A stretch of 32,885 nt of DNA from the NCBI GenBank assembly GCA_039803745.1, contig JBDRZD010000014.1, forward strand, positions 1-32,885, written 5' to 3'. Below are positions 1 through 11,473 of this stretch, piece by piece. This DNA comes from a candidate division WOR-3 bacterium (GTDB lineage: Bacteria > Hydrothermota > Hydrothermia > Hydrothermales > Hydrothermaceae). The notes under the pieces were generated by a model that was not told the DNA's origin, searched no databases, and saw only the letters and a list, made by a program, of their open reading frames with translations. Position 1 is the stretch's first letter, and each line of letters begins with the position of its first letter. Both the position numbers and the translations under genes were made by a program.

Positions 1-1
1 A

Positions 2-20
2 AAGTTTGAAATGAAAGGGT

Positions 21-31
<11 letters not shown>
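2..31. repeat. Arm of a perfect 30-bp inverted repeat (3' side of the 23S helix 1 / processing stem)
   Basis: aagtttgaaatgaaagggtaggatataagg (2-31) is the exact reverse complement of 3041-3070. Confidence 0.95.
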
Positions 32-3040
<3,009 letters not shown>

Positions 3041-3050
<10 letters not shown>

Positions 3051-3070
3051 TACCCTTTCATTTCAAACTT
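3041..3070. repeat. Arm of a perfect 30-bp inverted repeat (5' side of the 23S helix 1 / processing stem)
   Basis: ccttatatcctaccctttcatttcaaactt pairs exactly with 2-31. Confidence 0.95.
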
Positions 3071-3072
3071 AT

Positions 3073-3085
3073 TTTTCAAATAACA
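3073..3085 (-). promoter_or_regulatory. boxA-like rRNA antitermination site
   Basis: The minus strand reads TGTTATTTGAAAA, resembling rrn boxA (TGYTCTTTRAAA), and lies between the promoter and the processing stem. Confidence 0.6.
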
Positions 3086-3113
3086 GAATTTTTTATTTTT
3101 TTAAAGTTTTTTA

Positions 3114-3142
3114 ATTATACAGGTTTGAAGATAAAATGTCAA
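3114..3142 (-). promoter_or_regulatory. sigma70 consensus promoter of the 23S rRNA gene
   Basis: Minus strand: TTGACA (3142-3137), 17-nt spacer, TATAAT (3119-3114). Perfect consensus. Confidence 0.9.
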
Positions 3143-3154
3143 GTATATTATAAT
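3125..3154 (+). promoter_or_regulatory. Divergent overlapping sigma70-type promoter for the radical SAM gene
   Basis: TTGAAG (3125-3130), 18-nt spacer, TATAAT (3149-3154). The TTG start follows 9 nt later. Confidence 0.5.
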
Positions 3155-3163
3155 TTATTTTAA

Positions 3164-4426
3164 TTGAAAGAATATTCTGTTTTTATTTTTTATCATAAAA
3201 ATAATAGAAATTCTTTTAGAGCACTTCTTGGTGCTCTTGAAAAATATGATTTAATAGATTTTTTTGATTTTTATTTTCCAAAAAATTTTGATGAATTTTT
3301 TAAAGTTTTAGAAGAGAAACAAAAATTTTATAAATTTTCATTTGTTTTATTTTCTCTTATGACAACCCAGTTCATTGAATGGAAGGAAAATTTAGAAAGA
3401 ATAAAGAATTACAGGGTCTTAAAATTGGCAGGAGGACCACATACATCCGGTTTGCCCCTTTCACTTTTAGAATTTTTTGATTTTTTATTCTATGGAGAAG
3501 GTGAAGAATCTCTTCCTGTTTTTTTAAAAAACTTTATAGAAAACAGGGATTATAAGAATACAAAAGGTGTTATTTATAAAGAAGATGGTAAAATTTTTAT
3601 TAATAAATCAAAAGGTTTTATTGATTTAAACGAATTTCCTGTATTTTCTAAAAAACTTTGTAAATATGGTCCTATTGAGATTACAAGGGGATGCATATTT
3701 GGATGTAAATATTGTCAAGTTTCTTATTTTATGGGCAAAAATTTAAGACATAGAAAAATAGAAATAATTCTTGGATGGGTTGAAGAACTTTTTAAAAGTA
3801 AAATGAAAGATATAAGGTTTATAACACCAAATGCTTTTTCCTATGGCTCTTATAAAAAGGGAGAAATAAATATAGACGCGATTTATAATCTTCTTTATCA
3901 AGTAAGGAATATAGTAAAGAAAGAAGGGAGAATATTTTTTGGCTCATTTCCTTCCGAAGTAAGACCTGATTATATAAATGATGAAGTGATAAGAATTGTT
4001 AAAGAATTTTGCGATAATAAAAATATAGTGATAGGATGCCAGAGTGGTAGCGAAAGAGTTCTTGAATATATAAGAAGAGGGCATGATCTATCTTGTGTTT
4101 TAAATGCTGTGGAGAAAGTTAAAAAATATGGATTTGTCCCGATTGTTGATTTTATAATAGGTTTCCCTGAAGAGAGGAGTGAAGATTTGAAGAAAACAAT
4201 TGATTTTTCATTAAAACTTATGGAAAAGGGATGTATTGTTCATTTTCATTATTTTATGCCTCTTCCTGCTACACCTTTCTGGAATAAAAAATCCTCATTT
4301 ATAGAAAAAAATTTTTTTAAAAATTTGGGGAAATACACAAAAGAAGGTAAACTTTTTGGTTCATTTGAAAAACAATATGAATATTCAAAAAGAATAAGAG
4401 AAATGTTTGAATTGAAAATGGAATAA
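3164..4426 (+). CDS. B12-binding domain / radical SAM protein (resembles the MJ_1487-like TIGR04013 family)
   Basis: CxxxCxxC motif CIFGCKYC preceded by PIEITRG; B12-domain AGGPH.SG; FFGSFPSEVRPD; QSGSERVL..I.RGH; TTG start. Confidence 0.85.
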   Translation: MKEYSVFIFYHKNNRNSFRALLGALEKYDLIDFFDFYFPKNFDEFFKVLEEKQKFYKFSFVLFSLMTTQFIEWKENLERIKNYRVLKLAGGPHTSGLPLSLLEFFDFLFYGEGEESLPVFLKNFIENRDYKNTKGVIYKEDGKIFINKSKGFIDLNEFPVFSKKLCKYGPIEITRGCIFGCKYCQVSYFMGKNLRHRKIEIILGWVEELFKSKMKDIRFITPNAFSYGSYKKGEINIDAIYNLLYQVRNIVKKEGRIFFGSFPSEVRPDYINDEVIRIVKEFCDNKNIVIGCQSGSERVLEYIRRGHDLSCVLNAVEKVKKYGFVPIVDFIIGFPEERSEDLKKTIDFSLKLMEKGCIVHFHYFMPLPATPFWNKKSSFIEKNFFKNLGKYTKEGKLFGSFEKQYEYSKRIREMFELKME

Positions 4427-4441
4427 ATTTTAAGATATAAT
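4412..4441 (+). promoter_or_regulatory. sigma70-type promoter for the STAS gene (probably leaderless)
   Basis: TTGAAA (4412-4417), 18-nt spacer, TATAAT (4436-4441). ATG follows 8 nt later with no Shine-Dalgarno. Confidence 0.5.
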
Positions 4442-4449
4442 TTAATCTT

Positions 4450-5046
4450 ATGGAAAGGTTTAATTATGAGATAAAAGTGCAAAATAATTTATTGATTGTT
4501 TACTTAAATGGATATATTGATACTACAACAGTTAATAAATTCAAAGAAGTATTTGAGGATATTAAGGACACTAATGTGAAAGAGGTTTATTTTGATTTTA
4601 GTAAAGTTGATTATGTATCAAGTTCTGGATGGGGAACATTTATAAGTAACTCAATAAAATTAAGAGAAAAAGGAATAAAGATTTTAGCAGGGAATATGCA
4701 TGATTCAGTAAAAAAGATATACGATTTAATGGATCTTAAAAGATTTATCATTTATGAAGAAAGGATTTTAGAATTTAAAGAGGAAGAAAAAAAAGAAGAA
4801 ATAAAAGAGGAGATAAAAGAAGAGGAAATAGGGTTTAAGATCAAACCCTTAATTAAAAATTTGATTGTTGAGAATCCCTTTTTAGAAGAAGAAGAGATCA
4901 AGAAATTGTGTGAGAAAAGGTTAAAGGAAAAAATTAATATGGAATATTTAAAAAATATTTTAACCCAGATGGAACTTGAGACAAAAGAAAAAAGACTTGC
5001 CTTTGCCTATAAAATTTTAAAAAAACTTTTGAAAGGTAAAAAATGA
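4450..5046 (+). CDS. STAS-domain anti-sigma factor antagonist (SpoIIAA/RsbV-like) with a C-terminal extension
   Basis: L.G.ID...V..F, DFSKVDYVSSSGWG (phospho-Ser motif), V.KI.DLM.L; then an acidic linker and a ~70-aa helical domain. Confidence 0.85.
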   Translation: MERFNYEIKVQNNLLIVYLNGYIDTTTVNKFKEVFEDIKDTNVKEVYFDFSKVDYVSSSGWGTFISNSIKLREKGIKILAGNMHDSVKKIYDLMDLKRFIIYEERILEFKEEEKKEEIKEEIKEEEIGFKIKPLIKNLIVENPFLEEEEIKKLCEKRLKEKINMEYLKNILTQMELETKEKRLAFAYKILKKLLKGKK

Positions 5047-6140
5047 AATTTTTTGGCTTTTCTGACGAGTTTAAAATAGGAGATATTTCTTATTATATTG
5101 AGACTGAGTACTTACCAGAAAAAGAAATTATGACAACGAAAATTCTTAAGGATGGAAATATAATTTATTATAAAAAAAATAAGGTTTCAAAAGAGATGGA
5201 AGAGACAGAACTTCTTGAACTTGTGAAAGATTTTCATCTTGATACTTTAAATGAATTTAAAAAATGGGGAGAGATTTCTGAAAAGTTTTTGGAAGAAGCG
5301 CCTGTTGAAATCCATGTAAAGATGGCAGAAAAACTTATTAAAATGGGTCTTTTAGAAGAAGGGGAAAAACATCTTAAAAAGGCTATCGAGCTTAATAAGG
5401 ATTATTCTCCTATTTATAAGACTTATGCAATTTGCTATCTCTTAAAGGGTGATTATAATAAGGCTTTTAATTATATAGCTAAAGCTCTTGAACTCTCACC
5501 GAATTACCCTGATTATTACCTTTTGATGGGAAAATTGCTTATTAAACTCGGGAAGGAGAAGGAATCATTGAGTTTTATTAATGAGGCTTTAAAAAGGGTT
5601 CCTTCTTACGCAGAGGCTCATTATGAAGAAGTAAAAGCCTTTTTGTCTTTAATGATAAAGGGAGTAAAAATAGAGAAAGAAAAAATAATGGCTAAGTTAA
5701 AAGCACTCAGTATAATGGATCCAAGGCTTGCAGGCGATGAATATAAAGAAGCTCTTGAATATTTTGATAAGGGAGAATATAAAAAGTGTTTTGAAAAACT
5801 GGAAGAGATGGAGAAAATTTTTTATGAAAGATTCCCACAGGAAATTATAAAGGATTTTACTTTACTTTCAAAAGCAGGAATTAAAAATCCTGTAACTCTG
5901 CGTGAATACATATTAAGACTGGAAAGTTTGCTTGAAGAAAATAAGGATTATCCAGATCTTTATTTTGCCATTTCAAAATCTTATTTACTTTTCATAAAGG
6001 AAATTTTTAAAAAGGCTCATTATTATCTTAAAAAATCAATTGATTTAAATCCCCATTATATTGAAGCGCAAAAGGTGCTTGAACTTTTAGAGAACGAGAT
6101 AAAGGGTTTTTTAATTTTTTTAAAAGCAATTGAGAGATAA
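5043..6140 (+). CDS. TPR repeat protein with an uncharacterised N-terminal beta-rich domain
   Basis: TPR motifs (LKKAIELNKDY, KALELSPNYPDY, EALKRVPSYAEAHY, KSIDLNPHY). ATGA overlap with the upstream gene. Confidence 0.85.
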   Translation: MKFFGFSDEFKIGDISYYIETEYLPEKEIMTTKILKDGNIIYYKKNKVSKEMEETELLELVKDFHLDTLNEFKKWGEISEKFLEEAPVEIHVKMAEKLIKMGLLEEGEKHLKKAIELNKDYSPIYKTYAICYLLKGDYNKAFNYIAKALELSPNYPDYYLLMGKLLIKLGKEKESLSFINEALKRVPSYAEAHYEEVKAFLSLMIKGVKIEKEKIMAKLKALSIMDPRLAGDEYKEALEYFDKGEYKKCFEKLEEMEKIFYERFPQEIIKDFTLLSKAGIKNPVTLREYILRLESLLEENKDYPDLYFAISKSYLLFIKEIFKKAHYYLKKSIDLNPHYIEAQKVLELLENEIKGFLIFLKAIER

Positions 6141-7594
6141 TGAGCCTCAGGTTAAGAATTTCTTTTTATTTTGCCTTTCTTTTTACACTTTTATTTTTTA
6201 TAATCTTTTTGATTATAAGATATGAAAATATAAAAAATTTTAAAGAGGTTCTTGAAAATCATGCAAAAACAGCCGCAAAATCACTTGCCATCGGGGGTAA
6301 GGATTTTTTACTTCAAGAAAGAACCCCTGATCTTGTTAAGATATGTTATGAAATCAAGGGTAAGGAAGAGGATATAGTTTATACTGCTATTGTTGACAAT
6401 AAGGATATAATAAGAGGAGCATGGAAAGAAGATCTTGTTGGCAAAAATATTTCGGAGATTTCTGTTTTCAAAAAAGATACAAACTTTATTTTTGAAGGCT
6501 CCTTAATTTTTAATAGGGTCTTTGATATTGTTTATATGGATAAAATAATTGGTAAAGCAATTGTAGGGATTTCTTCAAAAAGTTCAGATATTTTAATCAG
6601 GGAGATACAAAAGAGAATGATTACAATCTTTCTATCCGTTCTTATCATCGGTTTTCTTGGTATATTTTTACTTGGAGGATATATCGTAAGTCCTGTTAAA
6701 AAAATTATAAATACAATAGAAAAAATAGGGAAAGGAGAATTTAATGTTTATATAGGGGTAAAAAGAAAAGATGAGATAGGGAGAATTGCAAGGGAGATAG
6801 AAAAAATGAGTAGTGAGCTTGCAAGAGCTCAAAAAGAAATTATGGAAAAAGAAAGAATTAAAAGGGATATGGAAATTGCTAAAGAAATTCAAAAAGCCCT
6901 TATTCCTTCTTTTATCCCTGAAATTCCAGAATATGAGATAGAATTTTTTTATAAGCCCGCATTTTTTGTTTCAGGTGATTATATTGATATAATTAAAATT
7001 CCTCTTGACAGATATTTTATAATTCTTGGAGATGTTTCAGGAAAGGGTGCAGGTAGTTCAATTTTAATGGGTATGGTTAAAATGAACACAATTTCTCTTT
7101 CAAAAGGAATAACAACACCCAAAAGTTTTTTGATTTCCCTTTATAGTTCTATGAGAGATTTAATACCTGAAGAAATGTTTATTACACTAATTGTATGTGT
7201 TTTAGAGAAAGACGGCAGTATTTATTTTTCAAGTGCTGGACATTATCCACCCCTCATATACAAATTTTCCCAAAATAAATTTGAAGAAATAAAAATGGAG
7301 AGTTTGCCACTTGGTTTTTCCTTTTTGAATATCTCTGAATTTGCAGATTCATTAAAGGAAATAAAAATAAAAATTGAAAAGGGTGATGTTTTTATGATTT
7401 ATACTGATGGGCTTATAGACCTTGAAAATGAATACGGAGAAATTTTTGGAGAAGAAAGAATAAAAAATATAATTCTTTCTTCACCTAATGGAGTTAGTAA
7501 TATAAAGAAAAAAATAATTAAAGAGATGGAACTTTTTAAGGGCGAAAGAGAAATAAAAGATGATGTGAGTTTTTTAATTATAGGTAAGAAATGA
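6140..7594 (+). CDS. Membrane sensor PP2C phosphatase (SpoIIE/RsbU family) with a HAMP domain
   Basis: Two TM segments flank an extracytoplasmic domain; HAMP (PV..I......I.KG.F.......KDEIG.IA); PP2C motifs SGDYID, GDVSGKG, SAGH.P, YTDGL, FGEER, DDVS. Confidence 0.92.
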   Translation: MSLRLRISFYFAFLFTLLFFIIFLIIRYENIKNFKEVLENHAKTAAKSLAIGGKDFLLQERTPDLVKICYEIKGKEEDIVYTAIVDNKDIIRGAWKEDLVGKNISEISVFKKDTNFIFEGSLIFNRVFDIVYMDKIIGKAIVGISSKSSDILIREIQKRMITIFLSVLIIGFLGIFLLGGYIVSPVKKIINTIEKIGKGEFNVYIGVKRKDEIGRIAREIEKMSSELARAQKEIMEKERIKRDMEIAKEIQKALIPSFIPEIPEYEIEFFYKPAFFVSGDYIDIIKIPLDRYFIILGDVSGKGAGSSILMGMVKMNTISLSKGITTPKSFLISLYSSMRDLIPEEMFITLIVCVLEKDGSIYFSSAGHYPPLIYKFSQNKFEEIKMESLPLGFSFLNISEFADSLKEIKIKIEKGDVFMIYTDGLIDLENEYGEIFGEERIKNIILSSPNGVSNIKKKIIKEMELFKGEREIKDDVSFLIIGKK

Positions 7595-8568
7595 AATCTA
7601 TTATAATTTTTTTAATTTTCTTTACAAAAGCAAAGGGGTACTGTTTTGCCTCTTTTCCAAATGATGTTCTTGATTTAGAATATGCTTCTTTGATTACAAA
7701 AGAAGTTAAAAATGTTGCTTTTCTTTTAAGTCCTCCCTGTAGTTTATCCGTAGGCGTTTTAAAACATAAGAGTTTCGGTATTATTTTTGATGGTAGAAAA
7801 TTTATAGATTTTCAGATTGATAAAAAAATTTTACCCCTTTACCTTGGAGCAAAATTGGGATGGGGGAAAGGGAAAATTTTTAGATTTTCAAATGGAGCAG
7901 TTTTTTCTCCAATCCCTGATTTTTCTCTTGGAATTAACTATATTTTTTCTTATCTTTTAAAGGAAAAAGATTACTTTTTTAATTTCCAATGTGGTGTTAA
8001 TGGTAAAATAAATTTTTTTAGGATTTATTTTGAAACTTCAGGTAATGAGGCATTGCGGGATTTCGGTTTTCATATTGGAACAGAATTTTTTTTCCCTTAT
8101 ATTGACAGTTTAAAAATTTTTTCAGGGGTTTTAGTAGTAAAAGAAAAATTTTATTTAACTTCCGGTATTAAATATTCTATTATGCCTTTTGATTTCTATT
8201 TTTCTTATTCTAAAAACAGATTATTTTTAGGAATAAGTATTGATTATAGGGAGAAAATAAGGATAAAGAAAATAACAGAAAAAGTTGAAGTTGTAAAAGA
8301 AGTTCCTGTTTATATAAAAGAAAAGCCAAAAGAAGAAAAGAAGGTAATAAAAGAAGAGGAAAAGCCAAAAAAAGAGTTAACTGAGGAAGAACTAAAGAAC
8401 CTTGAGTTTCATTATAAAAAGGGTATTGAGTATTATAAAAAAGATATGCTTGAAGAAGCAATAAGGGAATGGGAAAAAGTTTTTGAAATTTATCCTGATT
8501 ATAAAGATGTTAGAAAATATCTTGAAGAAACAAAAGAAAAATTGAAAAAATTAAAAGAAATTGAATAA
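7591..8568 (+). CDS. Hypothetical envelope protein: predicted beta-strand/barrel region, charged linker and C-terminal TPR
   Basis: Short hydrophobic N-terminus; alternating aromatic beta-like segments (FSLGINY, FHIGTEF, SGIKY, LGISIDY); TPR HYKKGIEYY....EEAIREWEKV. Confidence 0.6.
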   Translation: MKSIIIFLIFFTKAKGYCFASFPNDVLDLEYASLITKEVKNVAFLLSPPCSLSVGVLKHKSFGIIFDGRKFIDFQIDKKILPLYLGAKLGWGKGKIFRFSNGAVFSPIPDFSLGINYIFSYLLKEKDYFFNFQCGVNGKINFFRIYFETSGNEALRDFGFHIGTEFFFPYIDSLKIFSGVLVVKEKFYLTSGIKYSIMPFDFYFSYSKNRLFLGISIDYREKIRIKKITEKVEVVKEVPVYIKEKPKEEKKVIKEEEKPKKELTEEELKNLEFHYKKGIEYYKKDMLEEAIREWEKVFEIYPDYKDVRKYLEETKEKLKKLKEIE

Positions 8569-9414
8569 TTATTCAAAATATTTTATTGCTCCAATTCCTG
8601 AAAGTTTTTCTTTAAGTTTTAAAAGTGCCCTTTCTTTTAATTGCCTTACTCTTTCTCTACTTATTCCTATTATTTCCCCTATTTCTTCTAATGACCTTGG
8701 ATTATCATCTTCAATTCCAAAATAAAGGAGTATTATTTGCTTCTCTTTTTCACTCAGCTCTTCTATTGCTTTTTTAATTTTTTCTTTAATATACTCTTTT
8801 TTATAATATTCTTCAGGAGAAGGGAGTGCTTTTTGTTCTATAATTTCTTCCCATGTTCTTTTTTCTGATTCCGTAAATGGTCTATCGAGAGAAAACTCCT
8901 TTTGAAATATTTCATAGGATGCTTCTATTTCTTTTTCAGGAAGCCCGGTTATTTTGGAAAGAACTTTTATTGGTGGAATTTCTCCATATTTTTGTAAATA
9001 CTCCTTCTCGGCTCTTTTTATTTTTCTTATCTTTGTTTTCTGGTCAGAGGGTATTCTTATAAGTTGGCTATGCTCATCAAGAGCTTTCATAATTGATTGT
9101 CTTATCCACCATATAGCATAAGAAAGAAATTTTACCCCTTTTTCGGGTTTAAAATGTTTTACTGCCTTAATTAAACCTATGTTTCCTTCATTTATAAGAT
9201 CCTCAAGGGGTACACCCATTCCTCTATATTTTGATGCAATCTCGACTACAAAGCGTAGGTTTGAAAGAATAATTTTTTCTATCGCGGTTTTGTCTCCTTG
9301 TTTTGCCCTTTTTATACATTCTTTTTCTTCTTCGGCACTTAGGGGTGGATATTTGGAAATTTCTCTAAAATATATTTCTATTGAAATATCAGTAGATTCT
9401 AACTTCCTTCCCAT
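8569..9414 (-). CDS. RNA polymerase sigma factor, RpoD/RpoS-like, lacking region 1.1
   Basis: Region 1.2 YFREISKYPPLSAEEE; region 2 NLRFVV.IA.KY, DLINEGNIGL.KA, KF.SYA.WWIRQ; region 4 SLEEIG...GISRERVRQ. Confidence 0.93.
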   Translation of the reverse strand: MGRKLESTDISIEIYFREISKYPPLSAEEEKECIKRAKQGDKTAIEKIILSNLRFVVEIASKYRGMGVPLEDLINEGNIGLIKAVKHFKPEKGVKFLSYAIWWIRQSIMKALDEHSQLIRIPSDQKTKIRKIKRAEKEYLQKYGEIPPIKVLSKITGLPEKEIEASYEIFQKEFSLDRPFTESEKRTWEEIIEQKALPSPEEYYKKEYIKEKIKKAIEELSEKEKQIILLYFGIEDDNPRSLEEIGEIIGISRERVRQLKERALLKLKEKLSGIGAIKYFE

Positions 9415-10346
9415 ATCTTTTTACCTATTTGATAGGCATTTGTTGCCGCTCCCTTTCTTAAATTATCAAACACCGAAAAGAAACTAAGAATCTTTTCTTC
9501 TTTATAAACTCTTATTCTTGATATATAAATTTCATCTTTACCTTTAACATCAAGAGGAGAAATTATCTCTTCTGAAACTATTATCCCTGGAAAATCTGAA
9601 AGAATCTTTATAATTTCATTTTCATTTATACTTTTTTCAAAATTTATAAAAACAGATTGAGAATGACAATTCTCTATGGGCACCCTTACACATGTAGGAT
9701 ATATCTTTATATCTTTTTTTAGTATTTTTTTGCTTTCTAAAATCATTTTCCATTCTTCAACACTATGTCTTTCTCTTATTTCACCTATTTTTGGTATAAG
9801 ATTATTGAATATTTTTTTATCAAAGGGTGTCTTTTTATATCTTTTTCCTTCTTTTTCATAATTTAAAGCAAGAATTCCGTCTCTTCCTGCTCCTGAGACT
9901 GATTGATAGGTTGCTACAAATACATACAATGGATTGAATTTTTCAAGGGCTTTAAGGGGCACTACAAGCTGTATTGTTGAACAATTTGGATTCGCAATTA
10001 ATCCCTTATTTTTCTTTATCTCTTCAGGATTTACTTCAGGGACAACAAGTGGAACATCTTCTTTTAATCTAAAAGCACTTGAGTTATCTATAATAATCTT
10101 TGTCTTCTTTGAAAATAATGGATATATTTTTTCTGCAATATCACTTTCTACACAGAAAAAAGTATAATCTGTTTCTTCTATTTCTTCAATTTTTTTTACC
10201 TTTATCTTTTTATTTCTGAATTTTATAATCTCTTTTTTTCTTCCACTTGAAAATGGGATAATTTCAGAAATATTTTTATCCTTTTCTAAAATTTTTATCA
10301 AAATGTTTCCAACAAGCCCTGTTGCTCCAACAACCCCTATTTTCAT
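9399..10346 (-). CDS. asd: Aspartate-semialdehyde dehydrogenase
   Basis: GATGLVG, IDNSSAFR, VVPEVN, catalytic NPNCST, TYQSVSGAG, CVRVP, DNLRKGAA. Confidence 0.95.
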   Translation of the reverse strand: MKIGVVGATGLVGNILIKILEKDKNISEIIPFSSGRKKEIIKFRNKKIKVKKIEEIEETDYTFFCVESDIAEKIYPLFSKKTKIIIDNSSAFRLKEDVPLVVPEVNPEEIKKNKGLIANPNCSTIQLVVPLKALEKFNPLYVFVATYQSVSGAGRDGILALNYEKEGKRYKKTPFDKKIFNNLIPKIGEIRERHSVEEWKMILESKKILKKDIKIYPTCVRVPIENCHSQSVFINFEKSINENEIIKILSDFPGIIVSEEIISPLDVKGKDEIYISRIRVYKEEKILSFFSVFDNLRKGAATNAYQIGKKIWEGS

Positions 10347-11473
10347 TTTGCAAGCTCCACTGCCTTTTTTGCTCCTTCTGTCATACTTGATACACTTATA
10401 AGATTAGGAATCTGTTTTAAGATTTCCCTTGCTTCTTCTTCATTTGTACCTGTTATTCTCACAACAATGGGCAACTCACACTTTATTTCTTTTAATGCTT
10501 CCACGAGTCCTTTTGCAACATCATCACATCTTGTTATTCCACCAAAAATGTTGAAAAAGATAACTTTAACATTCTTATCAGAAAGAATGATCTCCATTGC
10601 CTTTTTCACCTTTTCAGGTGAAGAACTTCCTCCTATATCAAGAAAGTTTGCGGGTTCCCCTCCATATTTTTTAATTAAGTCCATTGTTGCCATTGCAAGT
10701 CCTGCACCATTTACACAACAGCCTATGTTTCCATCAAGTTTTACATAAGAAAGTCCCGCACTTTTTGCCTCGAGTTCTTTTTCATTTTCATAAGTAAGAT
10801 CCTTTTCCCCAATTTTGTTTATGTACTCTTCATAGGCATTATCATCAATAATTATTTTTGAATCAACAGCGACAAGTTCTTTTCCTGAAACTGCAAGGGG
10901 GTTTATCTCAACAAGTGAGGCATGACATTCCTTGAAAAGTTTTGCCATTTTATAAAGTATATCAATTATCTGCTTTTGTAAATCCTTTTCAGAAAAAAGC
11001 CACATCGCAAGATTCCTTGCCTGATATGGTGCTATTCCCCTTAATGGATCATAATAGTCTTTATAAATACTTTCCGGTCTTTCTTTTGCTATTTCCTCAA
11101 CTTCAACTCCTCCTTCTTTTATTGCCATTATAAGAATTTTTCCACTCTCTCTATCAAGTGTTAAACTTATATAAAGTTCCTTATCTATTTGAGCAGCCTC
11201 TGCAACAAGTACTTTTTTAACTGATAGTCCTTTTATCTTTAAATTTAAAATTTGTCTTGCCTTTTCTATTACTTCTTGTTTTGTATTCGCAATTTTGATT
11301 CCGCCTGCTTTCCCTCTACCACCTACCGGAACCTGTGCCTTTATAACCACTTCTTTTCCTATTTTTTCAAAAATTTCACCAGCCTTTTCAGGAGTTTCTG
11401 CAACATCTCCTTTTTTAACAGGAATCCCATACTTCTCAAATAGTTTTCTTCCTTCATATTCTAAGAGTTTCAT
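10343..11473 (-). CDS. sucC: Succinate--CoA ligase (ADP-forming) beta subunit
   Basis: KAQV..GGRGKAGG, EINPL, NGAGLAMATMD, PANFLDIGG, NIFGGITRCD. Confidence 0.93.
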   Translation of the reverse strand: MKLLEYEGRKLFEKYGIPVKKGDVAETPEKAGEIFEKIGKEVVIKAQVPVGGRGKAGGIKIANTKQEVIEKARQILNLKIKGLSVKKVLVAEAAQIDKELYISLTLDRESGKILIMAIKEGGVEVEEIAKERPESIYKDYYDPLRGIAPYQARNLAMWLFSEKDLQKQIIDILYKMAKLFKECHASLVEINPLAVSGKELVAVDSKIIIDDNAYEEYINKIGEKDLTYENEKELEAKSAGLSYVKLDGNIGCCVNGAGLAMATMDLIKKYGGEPANFLDIGGSSSPEKVKKAMEIILSDKNVKVIFFNIFGGITRCDDVAKGLVEALKEIKCELPIVVRITGTNEEEAREILKQIPNLISVSSMTEGAKKAVELAK

